Assembly: GCA_964016885.1 (NCBI GenBank)
Contig: OZ024740.1
Coordinates: forward strand, 63,922,001 to 63,986,000
Direction of reading: 5' to 3'
DNA length: 64,000 nt
Source: Eledone cirrhosa
Taxonomy: Eukaryota
The translations under genes were made by a program, and so were the position numbers. Below are positions 44,526-59,218 of the stretch, in pieces. The stretch's first letter is position 1; every line of letters starts with the position of its first letter. The notes beneath the pieces are model-generated. The model made no database searches, was not told the DNA's origin, and saw nothing but the letters and a program-made list of their open reading frames with translations.

Positions 44526-44960
44526 TGTTGTAGAAGAAACAGGTAAACAACAACTGGAAAGTTTGATTTTCTACTTTATTATTTATCTACCAATAGAAAG
44601 ATAGACTGATGGAAGCTAAATATAGAGAACATTTGATAAGTAATATAGATACAGATAAATGTATAATGGGGAATGGATAAACGAAAAGAACAAGAATAAC
44701 AACATCAATGATAGATATCTAAAAATGTAATATATCTCAGAGAGAAAGAAAGCCAAAGAAAAAAAATCCGAGTAGAAATCCACTCTAAAATAATTGGTTA
44801 TTCTTGTCGTTAAGTCGTGTCTGAGAAAGAACATTTTTTTCTACTTCCGTCATGAGACATCGCCGAAAGAGGTTCTCGCGAATACGTTTTGGAAGTTATC
44901 AAGTGGAGTGTGATTTGAAAGCGAAAAGTAAACGTGCTAACGTCTGGAATTTCATTCAAC

Positions 44961-45504
<544 letters not shown>

Positions 45505-46225
45505 CAAATAAATAATCGAAAATCGGAATCTCGGCCCACGAAATAACGAAACACAATCTTCGAAATGCATGGCAAAGGGCTCAATAGTTTGGATAAACCA
45601 GAGCTATAACTATCGTTTAAATACCAACACATAGAGACAATGCTTAAAATCATTCGCAGAGCCGAAAAAACGACCAGGAAAATTCGGGTCACACAAATAA
45701 TAAATTAATAAATTAATAAATTAAATGAATGTAAAATCTTACCCGGACCCGCTAGAATGCTGTTAAATTCTAGCTTTTTGGGTTTCTGCAGTTCCTTAAT
45801 CAATTACCGTCAGCCCACATAAAAAATATATCTGACTTCTGGTAAAGAGACGAACGAGGAAACTGCTTTCTCAGCAGGCATTTCGTTCAAACATACAGAG
45901 GCACCCGTTACTAAACGCACGTGGAGTCAAGCAAGGGAGGGAACCCCTATATTAGGCGAATGAATTCAGTAATGTGTATATTTTTGTAAAAATACAAAAT
46001 ATCACATATCGAATTAGAGTTCTCAACAGACGTGTTAAAATTAACAAGAGCTATTCATCATTCAATAAGATCAACTAAAAAATCAATAAAATTAACTGGT
46101 CAATAGCTAAAGACTGGAGATAAATACAAATAAATAATCGAGAATCGGAATCTCGGCCCACGAAATAATATATATATATATATTAATTCAAAATATTAAT
46201 AAATGTAGACATTCACGTAATCAAA

Positions 46226-46297
46226 ATATATCTTATTATATATATTTCGGAGGTACTGTGCTGTTTTTTCAGTACGTCCTCATCAGATAAAATACAT
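46226..46297 (-). ncRNA. Type I hammerhead ribozyme motif (mirror copy)
   Basis: Exact reverse complement of 46407-46478. Confidence 0.78.
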
Positions 46298-46406
46298 AAA
46301 TTGATGTATGACATACCTCAACTGTGCTGATGGTTCAATTCCAGTCTTGGCAGTCAACACTGGAATTGAACCATTAACCCAGTTAAGGTATGTCATACAT
46401 CAATTT

Positions 46407-46478
46407 ATGTATTTTATCTGATGAGGACGTACTGAAAAAACAGCACAGTACCTCCGAAATATATATAATAAGATATAT
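46407..46478 (+). ncRNA. Type I hammerhead ribozyme motif, PLE-type minimal stem III
   Basis: Stem I atgtattttat/ataagatatat (2 GU), CTGATGA at 46418-46424, stem II ggacgtactg/cagtacctcc, GAAA at 46456-46459, palindromic TATATA, then UA cleavage site. Confidence 0.78.
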
Positions 46479-46619
46479 TTTGATTACGTGAATGTCTACA
46501 TTTATTAATATTTTGAATTAATATTAATAACTCCAGAAAACTCACTGTTGAGTGCTTCTAATCTATTGTAAAACTATATTCATTGATTAATCAATGAACC
46601 TTGTTTAACTTTTGGTTAT

Positions 46620-46793
<174 letters not shown>

Positions 46794-47136
46794 TTAAGAT
46801 ATATCAAAGTTTAAGACTAGAGACAATCTACACTGAAACTAAGACTACATAATTCGTTGAATATCTTATTAAAATTAATAAAAAATTTATACAAAATACC
46901 TGATAACAATCAATATATTTCCTTCATATGTATTCTCCACAAAATCAGAACACATTTCACCAAAAATTATATATTTTAAAACGGATCATCAGTGAGGGAA
47001 TTTTAAAATCATCTAATCTCACTCAATACAGGTTGATTAAGGCTCGATTTTACTCTCTAAATTCTATCTTGAGTTGTTTTTAGAGCCAAGACATGTTTGA
47101 TTTTGTATCATTCATGACACCCTTCACTTTGAAAGG

Positions 47137-47137
<1 letters not shown>

Positions 47138-47190
<53 letters not shown>
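47138..47190. repeat. (AAT)n = (ATT)n flank at the 3' end of B1
   Basis: Directly visible. Confidence 0.98.
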
Positions 47191-47192
<2 letters not shown>

Positions 47193-47452
47193 TTTCTTTA
47201 TTAACCACAAGGGTTTACATAAAGTAGACATTAAGGACAGTGCAGGACAATGCAGGACGGTACAAATGGGCATTTCTGCGTGTAAAAAAACAAAAACAGA
47301 GGATGTAACAAAAATAACAATGAAAATAACAATGAAAAATTCCCCAATAGGGGGGAGACTTCGGAGGGACATTTGTGGAGAAAGCCCAGTAAAAAGCCAC
47401 AATGACCCTGACCACCAAGGCAAGTGCCCTCTCCCAGTTTTCCACCTTTAGT

Positions 47453-50400
47453 TTACAGATATATACTCAGAGTCGGCCCATTCACTCGGGCCATTCTTGC
47501 TTCTCTCACCCATCTTTCAACAAAATGCTGGGAAGAGAGCACTTCCCTTTCTACTCTGATTTTCCTTTTCAAATGAAATTTGAAAAAGTCAATCAGAGCA
47601 TCACCGAAGAGGTAAGTGCTCGTCTTCAGCCCTTTCAAACGTGTCCACCATACTATCTCTTTCGCCATGGCCACCAGACAGATAAAAACTGCCTGCCCTT
47701 CCCGGCTAAAGGAGGAGGGCGGGGCAATCCTCACGATGGACTCAGATGATAGCTGGATCCGTCCTAAACGCGACAGCAGGTGTTCGACATAAACCCACAA
47801 GTCAGCAATTTTCGGACACTGGACGAGTGCGTGCAGGACGGTTTCGTCGCCCTGCGCGCATCTCGGACATGCCCGGCTGACGGCACCTCCATGCCTGTAG
47901 AGTTTATCCCGAACTGGCAAGGCTCCTCGGTAGCACTGCCAGGCCAGAGATTTCTGGAAGTTGTCCATAGGCCCTGGCCCGAAAGTTCTTCCAAAGAGAT
48001 TGGCTAGTTGATTTTCGTCGACGCCTAGAGTTTCCCCAAGTACGTCGTCGCTCTTCCCCTCCACTAATCCTCTATAGAACGCCGAGGTGGAGTTTCCACC
48101 GATCACATTGCCCGATTGGTCGAGGGCTGTGAGCGCCTGAAGACATTCCAGTCTCCAAGCGCTCCCTCTCGGTCTTCGCTTGACCCAGGACTGCAGCTCC
48201 GTCAAGGAGACGAGCTGGGGAAAAACGTGTCTTGCAAACGGCGACCACACCTGATCACCGTCGAGGAAGAGGTGGAGATGTCGTAGCCTGAGCGCGTGTC
48301 TGCGCATCATCAGCCACGGCATGCCCAGCCCTCCACGTAGCGGGTGTTGACAGCAGATGGACCGCCTGACCATCGGAGCGCGTCCCTTCCACAAGAAGCG
48401 AAAGAGCAAACGCTCCAGCGCAGTCAGGCGAGGCTTAGGACAAGGTACGACGGTCAGGCGGTAGCAGATGACAGACGCGATGTACGCGTTAGCCACCTCC
48501 GCTCGACCTTTCAGGGATAGCTTCCTCTCCGCCCATTTCTGGGTGAGAGAAGCCACCCTGCTCGTCACCTCGTCCCAGTTTTTGTCCGTCTGGAGGTCCG
48601 GACCGAACCAGACCCCTAGCAATTTAACCGGTCCGTCCGTCCAGCGCCCGACGACGCTGTTGGACGGCATGGACCTGCCTCTCCAGGTGCCGAGCTGCAG
48701 GCCCACTGACTTTTCCTGGTTGATCATTGCTCCTGTCACCGCTTCGTATTCTCTTAGTGTAGTGCCGATCGCCTCGATGTGTTTGGCGTTCGACACCACT
48801 ACGGTGACATCGTCCGCATATGCTGACACGGATCATCCGCATCCTAGTTCGCGCGGGACTCCCCTCAACGTCTCCAGTTTGTGCAGTAATGGCTCGAGAG
48901 TCAATACGTACAAGAGGGACGAGAGGGGACATCCTTGGCGGACCGAGCGCATGATGTTGAACGGTTCCGACAGGTGACCGTTCACTCTCACCACAGAGCA
49001 GATCTCGCTGTGCATGGCAGCGATCCAGCCTCTGAAGACGGGCCCAAAGCCAGCCGCCCTCAGGACGGCCGCTAGGTAACGATGGTCGACCCTATCGAAA
49101 GCTTTCGATTGATCTAAATTGATCAAGGACCCACCCGTTCCAGGTTCCTTAGCTACCCTCTCTATGATGTATCGCATGAGGTGGAGGTTGTCGTGGATGG
49201 ATCTGTCGGGAATGGCGCATGTCTGCGCCTCTCCCACCAGACCACCAACGACAAGCGCCAACCTCTTTGCTAGCACCTTGGCCAAAATCTTGAACTCTGT
49301 GTTTAGCAGAGTTATGGGCCGGAAATTGTCTATGTTATCCCCCTTGTTCGGATCCTTTCTCAGCAGTGCCACCGCTCCTCGGCTCACAGAACTGGGAATT
49401 CTCCCGTTCTGTTGCCAGTTGCAGTAGACGTCCGCCAAGAGGCCTCCGAACAAGTCTGGCATCTGTACGTAAAGTTCATAGGGCAGACCATCCAAACCAG
49501 GCGATTTACCCCTTGTGCAGCCAGTCATTGCCTCCCTTACTTCAGCGGCTGTTATCGGCTTTTCGCAACACTTCGCCTCAGTGGCCGAGAGCCGCGGCAG
49601 TCCGTCGAGGTAGACACTAAAGTCCATCCCTCTACCCGGCCCCCCGCTGCCCCCGAACAGCTGAGCGAAGTGTCGCTGAAAAGCTTCACACATTTGCCCG
49701 GGATCGAGTAGCATGCGCCCGTCGTGGTCCACCAAAGACCGGATCGTGGCTTTGTTGCCACGACGCGCCTCCGCCACTCGGACCCATTGAACGGCTTTCG
49801 TCCCCTCGTGTCTGAGAGCACGCACCCTAGCTCTGACAACGCAGCCTTCGTGCTTTGCATTGAAGAATTGGTCAAGGGCCAATTTCGCCGCAAGCACGTC
49901 GGTCGCAATGCCTTTGCTAAGCGCCTCGTCTAATTTTCTAACTAGTTCTCCCTCTGCTCTATTTTTCTCTATTGCTAAAGCCTTACTAAACCTAATCGAT
50001 TCTATTCTTATCGCTCTTTTCAGAGCAAACCACCACTTGTTGTTGACAATGGCCCCCGTCAACGCCCGCTTAACTAGTTCGCTAATCCGGTCTCTGTAGG
50101 CCTTGCGCGCTGATAAGGACGCGTTTAGCTTCCAGTAGCCGGGTCCTCGTCTATGAAGCCTATCTAAGTCAAGCACACAGGTCACGAATTTGTGGTCCGT
50201 GTAGCTGACTATCTTGAATTGTGGACAGCCTATGCTAGACCTATCTATTTCCCTACAAAATACTCTATCTAGATATGATCTGGATGACCCTATGCGGTTT
50301 GTCCAAGTCCACATTGGCACATTCGGGAAATCCAATCGGTACCTGTCAGACAGTTCAAAACGCCTGAGCAGGTTGGTGAGGCTCTTGCACCCTCCACCCC

Positions 50401-50872
50401 TATCCGCTAATCCCACACAGTCCCAGCGTGCATCTAAGATCCCGTTCCAGTCGCCCACTAACACTAAAGAGCGGGACGTTCCAAGAAAGGTCTCCAGACG
50501 CCGGAAGAAATCAGGCCGCCCTGCTCCTGTCGGGGCATAGACGGCCACTAGCCTGAAAGCTTGCCCGTCTCCGCTGGTCACGTCCAGCACCACCAGCTTA
50601 CCCTCTGGGTCCAGGAAGATGGCCCGTATGGCGAGATCCAAACCTCTCCGAAAAAGCACAGCAACTCCTCCACCGGATCCAGGACGGCTGGGAGATGCGT
50701 ACACATCGTAGCCGCCGAAGATCGGTGCGAAGGCCCGTGCTTCGGAGATTCTGGTCTCGCTGATGGCCACTACATCTATGTCTAGTGACCTGAGGTCGTT
50801 GAGCAGGTGACCCTGCTTCCATGACGACCCCAAGCCACGCGCATTTATGCTGCCTATTCTGAGTGAGGTCAT
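47453..50872 (-). pseudogene. B1 ORF2 (APE-RT-zf) with a single nonsense codon just before YADD
   Basis: The 679-aa and 458-aa ORFs are in frame; B3 has AGA at the same codon. Confidence 0.92.
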
Positions 50873-50907
50873 GTTTAAAATAGAGTGGAAAAGATGGGAA
50901 AGACCAC

Positions 50908-53006
50908 TTACCGTACTTTTGGTAGAGGAGGGATGGTTTTTACATCCCTTTTCACTTGATCGTCTGGTGAAGGGACCGTTGAATCGTCCCTTCGGCTGGT
51001 CGTCGGCTCTTCTAAGAGAATGTCTGAGTATACTCTTCGATTGATGGTTCCTCCTAGGTCCCTGAAATCACCAACTGCGTTGGGGAATTTCGTTTTAATG
51101 TTTGTGTATTGTTTCTGTGCTATTTTTAGCAGTCTTATGTTAATTGGCGTTTTGATTGGTGCTGGTATTATGTAGTCCTGTTGTGAAATGTCTGTGTGTT
51201 CAATTATGTAAGTCATTAGTTTCTTGTTGTGTGTATTTATTGCCGTGCATTTGTTTTTCTGGGGGTGGGGTGTGGTTCTGCTATTTTCTTGTCGTTGTTG
51301 CTGGGTGTGTGTGTTTTGTTGTTGTGTTTGCGATGTTGGTGCTTGTGGTGGTGGTGTTGAAGGTGTTGTTGGCGGTGGGGTTGTCGCCGGTGGTGATGGT
51401 GGTGCTAGTGTGGGTGGTGATGGTGTTGGTGTTGTTGCTGCTGTGGGTCTCTTTGCAGTAGACTTTACCCTTTTCTCATTTCTTTCCTCCCTTTTCAAAG
51501 GCGACGATGCGCTGCTTCTGCGTTTGTGCCTTCTTACGACCTTTTGCCATCTCTCTCCCACCTCACACTCCATGTCTGATTCTGTGAGGTCGGGGAGGGG
51601 TACCAACTCCACTCTTTCACTTGTTGTTGTTGGTGATGTTGGCACTGGAGTCTCTGTTGCAGCTGCATTTGGTATTGCTGTTGTTGTTGTTAGTATTTCC
51701 ACTGCTGCTGCTGTTTTTGATTTCCGTGGAGTGGGTATGGGTGCCACGGGCCTATCGTTCCTGGTTGCCGCTTGTCCTGTTGCTGGTAGCCGTGGAGCCG
51801 GATTCGGAAGGAGGGGGGTTTTCTCCTTTCTCAGGGTCTTCTCGTTGCAGAAGGCCCTGAGGTGAGTCTTCGATCCACAGCGAAAGCATTTCGGGCGTTT
51901 GCCCTCAACACTTATGGGCAGTTGAGTGCCGTTATCGAAGTCTATCACATCCGGGATAGCTTCGATGCACTCCTGGTTGGTTTGGATTAGCATCTCAATG
52001 GAGGAGCCGACCCAATCTTCTCTTACTTTTTTCTGTACTTGCAGTACAGTTGTTTTGTCCTCGATTCCGACGAGGACAGACGCGGCCAGCCAAGAAGGGG
52101 TCATTCCGGGGGGGGGACGTGGGTCAGTTTGACCCTCACAATTTTTTGCCCACAGTAGGAGGGCACCAACACCATTTCCTCGCTCCTTAGTGTCACTACT
52201 GATTGGGCCTTTGCCTCCTGGGGTGTGGCAAAAAGTACGTCTACGGTGGCATATTTTTTGCCTCGGGTGATGTGCGTTTTCCGCTGCCACACAGACCCCA
52301 AGGCTTTTTGTATTTGGGCCTCTGTGGCTCTTTCCACCCTACGGGATTTTGTACTTACTGTACGGTACGTGACCGTACAGTGCTCTTGGGTTTCGAAAAA
52401 TGTTTCCGCTGCCTTGCAGATTGCTCGGTGTCCGTTCTTTGTCACCATCTTCTTCGCTTCCTCTAATTCCTCATTTGTTATGAGGATTGTTTCCAAGTTT
52501 TTCGCAATACCTGCAAATGAGATTGGTTTTTCTCTGCTGTTGTTGTTGTCGTCAGAGCTGCTGGTACTTTTGTTGTTGCTGCAGGTACTACGACTACTGC
52601 CTCCGCCGCTGTTGCTGTGGTTGTTGTTGGTGTTGCTGCTGCTAATGCTGTTGTTGTTTATGCTGCTGGTGATGCTGTTGCGGCTGCTACTGTTGTTTTC
52701 ATTGTCACTGTTGCTGTTGTTATTACGGCTGCTACTGCTATTATTCCTGACGTCAGACGAATGAACTGGGTTTTCGTATTTCCCGCACACCTGTTTCGTC
52801 GCTGTCGTCGTCGTCGTGGAGAAATCTTGCACGCTTTGCACGAGACTTTTCTTTTCTTTCGTCACTTGCGAAAGAGAAGGGAGGGAGAGAGACACATTTA
52901 AAGAAGGGAGGGAGAGAGACAATCTTCTCTCTGCTGTAGTGATGATTGAGGAAGAAGAAGACGGAATGAGTGGGAGTGACGTATGAAATTTCTTTTTCGT
53001 AGCCAT
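50908..53006 (-). pseudogene. B1 ORF1 (CCHC knuckle CFRCGSKTHLRAFC), one frameshift
   Basis: ORFs 52101-53006 and 50908-52290 join at THVPPP/PPPGMTP. Confidence 0.88.
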
Positions 53007-53221
53007 GTTGTTTTTTGTTTAAAATGAAATTTTGGGTACAAAACCCCAATAACTGGTTATTTAACCCCGAAGGGCCAAATAACGGACAGAAAGACCCCTC
53101 TCACGAGGAGGAGGGTGTCTTTATCAACAATTTGGTTCAAGTTTTAAACAATTTACAATTGTTTTAACGGTTAAAAATTACTATACCTTACAGAGCCGAG
53201 CCTCCGTAAACCATGGCATTC

Positions 53222-53251
<30 letters not shown>
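53222..53251. repeat. (AAT)n spacer between B1 and B2
   Basis: Directly visible. Confidence 0.98.
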
Positions 53252-53253
<2 letters not shown>

Positions 53254-56200
53254 TTTCTTTATTGGCCACAAGGGCTGACATCAAGAAAAACATCACAGAC
53301 GGAACAGAACGGTACGATGTGGGTTTTGTGCGTGTAAATATTTTTATTATTTATATAAGAAAAGAAAAAAGACATAAAACATATATATATATAAACAATA
53401 AAATGAAAATTGAAACAATGAAAACTTCCCCAATAGGGGGAAACCTCCGAGGGTTACTCGTGGCGAAAACCACACAAAAGACCACGGCCACCCTGACTAC
53501 CAGGGCAAGCGCCCTCTCTCAATTTTTCCATCTCTCAAACTACAGACGTATATTCAGAGTGGTCCCGTTCACTCGGACCATTCTCGCTACATTCACCCAC
53601 CTTTCAACAAACTTGCTAGAAAGCAGCACTTGCCTCTCCACCCTGATTTTCCTCTTCAAGTGAAACTTGAAAAAGTTAATCAGGGATTCGCCGAAGAGGA
53701 AAGTGTTTGTCTTTAATCCTTTTAACCTTGTCCACCACACAATCTCTTTCGCCATGGCCACCAGGCAGATGAAAACCGCCTGCCCTTCCTCCTCAAAGGA
53801 AGACGGCGAGACCATCTGCACAATGGACTCAGTCGACAACCGGATCAGTCCCACACGTGACAGCAACTGTTCGACATAGCTCCACAAGTCAGCAATGCTC
53901 GGGCACTGAACGAGTGCGTGCACAACGGTTTCGTCGCTATGCGCGCATCTCGGACAGGCTCGGCTGACGGCACTTCCGTGCCTGTAGAGCTTATCTCGAA
54001 CTGGCAGCGCTCCCCGGTAGCACTGCCAGGCCAGGGATTTTTGGAAGTTATCCATAGGCCCCGGGCTGAAAGTTCTCCGGAAGAGAGCAAGCAGCTGATC
54101 TTCTTCGACGCCCAGGATCTCTCCGAGAACGTCGTCGTTCTTCCCCTCCACTAGTCCTCTATAGAACGCCGAGGTGGATGTTCCACCGATACTGGTGCCC
54201 AACTGGGAGAGGGCAGTGAGCGCCTGGAGACATTCCAGTTTCCAAGCGCTATCCCTCGGTCTTTTTCTGACCCAGGACTGCAGCTCCGTCAAGGAGACGA
54301 GCTGTGGGAAAATGTGCCTGGCGAACGGCGACCACACCCGTTCACCATCAAGGAAGCACCAGAGATGTCGCAGCCTCAGCGCATGTTTGCGCATCATCAG
54401 CCATGGCATGCCCAATCCTCCACGCAAGGGGTGTTGACAGCAGATGGATCGTCTGACCATGGGAGCGCGTCCCTTCCACAAAAAGCGGAAGAGGAGGCGC
54501 TCCCTTTTGGTGAGAGTTGGGCTGGAGCAAGGGACGACGGTGAGGCGGTAGCAGATGACGGATGCGATGTACGCATTCGCCACTTCCGCCCGGCCTTTCA
54601 GGGACAGCTTCCTCTCAGCCCATTTCTGGGTGAGGGAGGCCACCCTGCTCGTCACCTCGTTCCAGTTTTTCTCCATCTGGAGGTCCGGTCCGAACCAGAC
54701 CCCGAGCAATTTAACCGGTCCGTCCGTCCAACGCCCCACGACGCTGTCGGACGGCATGGACTTGCCTCTCCAGGTGCCTAGCTGCAAGCCCACCGACTTT
54801 TCCTGGTTTATCTTTGCTCCTGTCACCGTTTCGTATTCCTTGATAGTGGTGCCGAGCATCTAGACGTGTCTGGTGCTCGACACCACCACGGTGACGTCGT
54901 CAGCGTAAGCCGACTCGGATTTCCCGCATCCTAGTTCGCGTGGGACGCCCCTCATCGCCCCCAGTTTGTGCAGTAACGGCTCGAGAGCCAATACGTACAA
55001 GAGGGACGAGAGGGGACAACCCTGGCGGACTGAGCGCATGATGCTGAACGGCTGCGACAGGTGACCGTTCAGCATCACAACTGAGCAGATGTCGCTGTAC
55101 ATTGCTGCGATCCAACGCCTGAAAACGGGCCCGAAACCGGCTGCCTCGAGGACCGCCGCCAGGTACCGATGGTCGACCCTATCGAATGCTTTGGATTGAT
55201 CCAAGTTGATCAGGGCCCCACCCTTGCCAGGTTCCTTAACCACCCTCTCTATGATGTATCGCATGAGGTGGAGGTTGTCGTGTATGGATCTGTCCGGGAT
55301 GGCGCATGTCTGCGCCTCTCCCACCAGACCCTTGACGACAAGCGCCAACCTCGTTGCTAACACCTTGGCCAAAATCTTGAACTCTGCGTTTAGCAGAGTT
55401 ATGGCCTGAAATTATCAATAACATCCCTCTTGTTCGGGTCTTTTCTCAGCAGCGCCACTGCTCCCCGGCTCACAAAACTCGGAATGCTCCCGTTCTGCTG
55501 CCAGTTGCAGTAGACGTCTGCCAAGAGGTCACCGAACAAGTCTGGCATAAATGCATAAAGCTCGTAGGGCAGACCATCTAAACCTGGCGATTTACCTCTT
55601 GTGCAGTTAGCCATCGCTTCCCGTATTTCACCGGCTGTTATTGGCTTTTCGCAACATTGTGCTGCGGTCGTCGAGAGCCGAGGCAGTCCGTCGAGGTATG
55701 CACTGAAGTCCATGTCCCGATCCGAGCCGCCGCCGCTCCCGAACAGTTCAGCAAAGTGCTGCTGAAAAGCTTCACACATCCGCTCGGGTTCGAGCATCAC
55801 GCACCCGTTTTGGTCAGACAAAGACCGAATTGTGGCTTTATTGCCACGTCGCGCCTCTGCCACCCGGGCCCATTGGACGGCTTTTGTCCCCTCGTGTTTC
55901 AGAGCACGCGCTTTAGCTCTGACAACGCAGCCTTCGTGTTTTGCGTTGAAGAATTGGTCGAATGCCAATCTCGCCGCAAGCACGTCGGTTGCGATGCCTG
56001 TCCTAAACGCCTCTTCTAGCTTTCTGACTAGGTCTCCCTCTACTCTATTTTCCTCTATCACTACTCCTTTGCTAAACCTAATCGACTCTACTTTAATTGC
56101 CCTTTTCAGGGCGAACCACCACCTGTTGTTGACGACCGCCCCCGTCAACACCCGCTTAACTAATACGCTAATCCGGTCTCTGTAGGCCTTGCGCGCCGGG

Positions 56201-59184
56201 AAAGACGCGTTCAGCTTCCAGTAACCAGGCCCTTGTCTATGAAGTCTGTCTATGTCGATCTCACAGATCACAAATTTGTGGTCTGTGTAGTCGACTATTT
56301 TAAATTGTGGACAACTTATACTAGCCTTATCTAGTTCCCTGCAGAATACCCTATCTAGATACGATCTGGATGACCCGATGCGGTTTGTCCATGTCCACAT
56401 TGGCACATTCGGGTGATCCAGTCGATACCTGTCCGACAGTTCAAAACTTCTGAGCAGGTTGGTGAGGCTCTTGCACCCTCCTCCCCTATCCACTAGCCCC
56501 ACACGATCCCAGCGTACATCCAAGATACCGTTCCAGTCGCCCACTAACACTAAAGAGCGGGACGTTCCAAGAAAGGTCTCTAGACGTCTGAAGAAATCTG
56601 GCCGTCCTGCCCCTGTTGGGGCGTAGACGGCTACTAGCCTGAAAGCATTGCCTTCGCTGCCGGTCACGTCCAGCACCACCGACTTACCTTCTGGGTTCAG
56701 GAAGATGGCCCGTATCACGAGATCCAAGCCTCTCCGAAAAAGGACGGCAACCCCTCCCCTCGATCCTGGACGGCTGGGAGATGCGTATACATCGTAGCCG
56801 CCGAAGATCGGTGCGAAGGCCCGTGCCTCGGAGATTATGGTTTCACTGATGGCCTCCACATCTATGTTTAGTGACCTGATGTCATTGAGCAGGTGACCCT
56901 GCTTCCAAGATGACCCCAGGCCACGTGCATTTATGCTTCCTATTCTGAGTACAGCTATGTTGGATGAGAAACGGGGCAAATGAGAAAGGGTCACTTACCT
57001 TGTTCGTGTGGTGAAGGGACAGTAGAACCGTCCCTTTCGCTGGTCATGGGTGTTTCCAAAAGGATGTCAGTGTATATCCTCTTGGTAACCGTCCCTCTGA
57101 AGTCTCCAACTGCGTTGGGGAATTTTTGTTTTAAAGGTTTGTATTGTTCTAATGAGATTTCGATGATGCTTATGTTTGACGGGAGAGTTCTTGGTGTTTG
57201 TGGGATGTAGTAATTTTTTTCCGTGATGTCTGTGTGCTGCTTTATATATTTTATGAGTTCTTTTTTTGCTATGTTTATGGCTGTGTACTTTTTGGGGGGA
57301 GGGGTGATTTTGTTGCCGTTTTCTTCTTGTTGCTGTTTGGTGTGTGTGTCTTGTTGTGTTTGCGTTGTTGGTGTTTGTGGTGGTGTTGCTGCAAGTTTCC
57401 TTGCTGCCTTTACCCCTCTTTGTATGCCTTCGCTTTTGGAGGGTGAATCTAAAGGTTTTTTTGTTTTTTGTTTTTTTGTGGCAGACTGTTTGCCATGTCA
57501 CTCCCGCCTCAAACTCTATGTCGGATTCTGTGGCGTCTGGGAGGGGTATGTGCTCCACGGCTGTTGGTGGTGGTAGTGGAGCCCTCTTCGGCAATGTTGT
57601 TGCTGGTGAAGCTATTTCAAATGTAGCTATTGGTGTTGCCGCTACTGATGATGCTGCTTTAGTTATCCGTGGCCTTGGTACGGGTGCTACGGACGTTGCC
57701 CTCCTACTCACCGTGGAAGGGGCTTCTTCGTTTGTTGCCTGTCCTGCTCTTGGTAGCAGCGGACCAGGTATTGGAAGGAGAGGGGCCCTCTTCGGTGTCT
57801 TCTGCGGGCAAAAGGCCCCGAGGTGACCTTTCGATCCACAGAGATAACATTTTGGCCGTCTTCCTTCTACACTTATAGGGAGTTGGAGTCCTTGCTCAAA
57901 GTCTATGATATCGGGGATAGCCTCGATACATTCCTGGTCAGTTTGTATAAGCATTTGCATGCCTATACCTGACCAGTTCTCTCTCCCTATTTTTTCTACT
58001 TGCAGCATGGTCGCCCTGTTCTCAATTCCAGTAAGGACAGACGCGGCCAGCAAAGGTATGGGCACGTCGGGTGGGACCTGGGTCACTTTGACCCTCACAA
58101 TTTTCTGCCCGCAGTAGGAGGGCACCAAGACTAACTCCTCACTCTTTAGGGTTTCCAAAGAGGGGTGGCGAAAAGTACGTCTACTGTGGCGTACTTTCTG
58201 CCTCGGGTGATGTGGGTTTTGCGTGCCCAGACGCACCCCAAGACCTTTTGGATTTGAGCCTCCGTGGTTCTCTCCACTCGATGTGAGATTTTGCTTACGG
58301 TGCGGTAAGTCACCGTTCGTAGCTGCTGGTCCTTGAAAAAATCGGGTGGAGGTTTCAGGGAAACTCTATTTGCGCTTCTTGTCCCATGGCCCTTGCGACT
58401 GCCATCTTCTCCTCTGTGACTAACACTGTCTCGATATTTCGGGCGACACCTGCAAAAGAAGTGGTCCCTTTTTCAGCAGCACCACTATTGCTGCCGCTAC
58501 TGGTCTTACTGGTGGTGCTGAGGTCACTATTACAGGTATCGGTGTCATTGTTGTTCTTTTCGCTGGTACAGTTGTTGGGGTTGTTTTCGTTGATAATGTT
58601 GCTGCTGTTACTGTTATTGTGGCTGTTGTTATTATTGTTGTTTTTGTTGATACTGTTCCTACTATTATTGTTGTTGTGGCTGTTGTTATTGTTATTGTTA
58701 TTGTCGTTCTCGACCTTACCGCTGTTATTTTTGTTATTGTCGTTCTCGACTTTACCGCTGTTATTTTTGGTGTTGTTGTTGGTGATGTTGTTGGTGTTAT
58801 TGTTGGTGTTGTTTGTGTTAGAAATATTTGTTAATTTTAAATCTGTAACAATCTTTTTTTCCTTTGTAATATTTTCGTTTATATTTACCTCCGCTGGAAC
58901 GCTGTCTTGTTGACATGCTGATAAAGTCTCCCTCTCTCTGTGTTGTCTGACAGCGCTCTCTCTCTTTTTTGTGTTATCCATGTTGAAATTTTTCAGAAAA
59001 TATTTTTACACAAATACGAATAAAGGGGTGCCGTATTATTTACTAGTGAACCCCTGTATTAGGTGGGTCACTTCTTCTAAACTTTTATCAAATTTAAAAC
59101 TTGAATAAAAGGTTTAGAACGGTTGAAAAAGAGGTAAAACGTTGAAAAAGACTGGAGGCGATAAGAAGCGTGGCTTCACCGACC
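53252..59184 (-). mobile_element. Full-length degraded Tx1-like retrotransposon B2 (distinct subfamily)
   Basis: ORF1 pieces 58355-58981 and 57067-58236 (CYLCGSKGHLGAFC); ORF2 pieces 55399-56958, 54860-55372, 53540-54859; ORF2 start reads ATA where the others have ATG. Confidence 0.93.

Positions 59185-59217
<33 letters not shown>
59185..59217. repeat. (AAT)n spacer between B2 and B3
   Basis: Directly visible. Confidence 0.98.

Positions 59218-59218
<1 letters not shown>

Larger units (their letters stand above)
46180..46524. repeat. 345-bp near-perfect palindrome centred at 46352
   Basis: Paired positions sum to 92704 throughout; a few mismatches only near the centre. Confidence 0.95.
47191..53221 (-). 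mobile_element. Full-length Tx1-like retrotransposon B1, near-intact
   Basis: ORF1 53006-50908 with one frameshift at a 9-nt homopolymer (52108-52116); ORF2 50872-47453 with one in-frame TGA (48833-48835); AATAAA just before (ATT)n. Confidence 0.95.

Noticed and set aside
48833-48835. In-frame TGA before YADD as programmed readthrough or selenocysteine
   Set aside because: B3 has AGA and B2 has AAA at this codon; a single nonsense mutation or sequencing error is simpler.
52108-52116. Programmed frameshift in B1 ORF1
   Set aside because: Homopolymer length change; B2 reads through in frame (VPPDVP).
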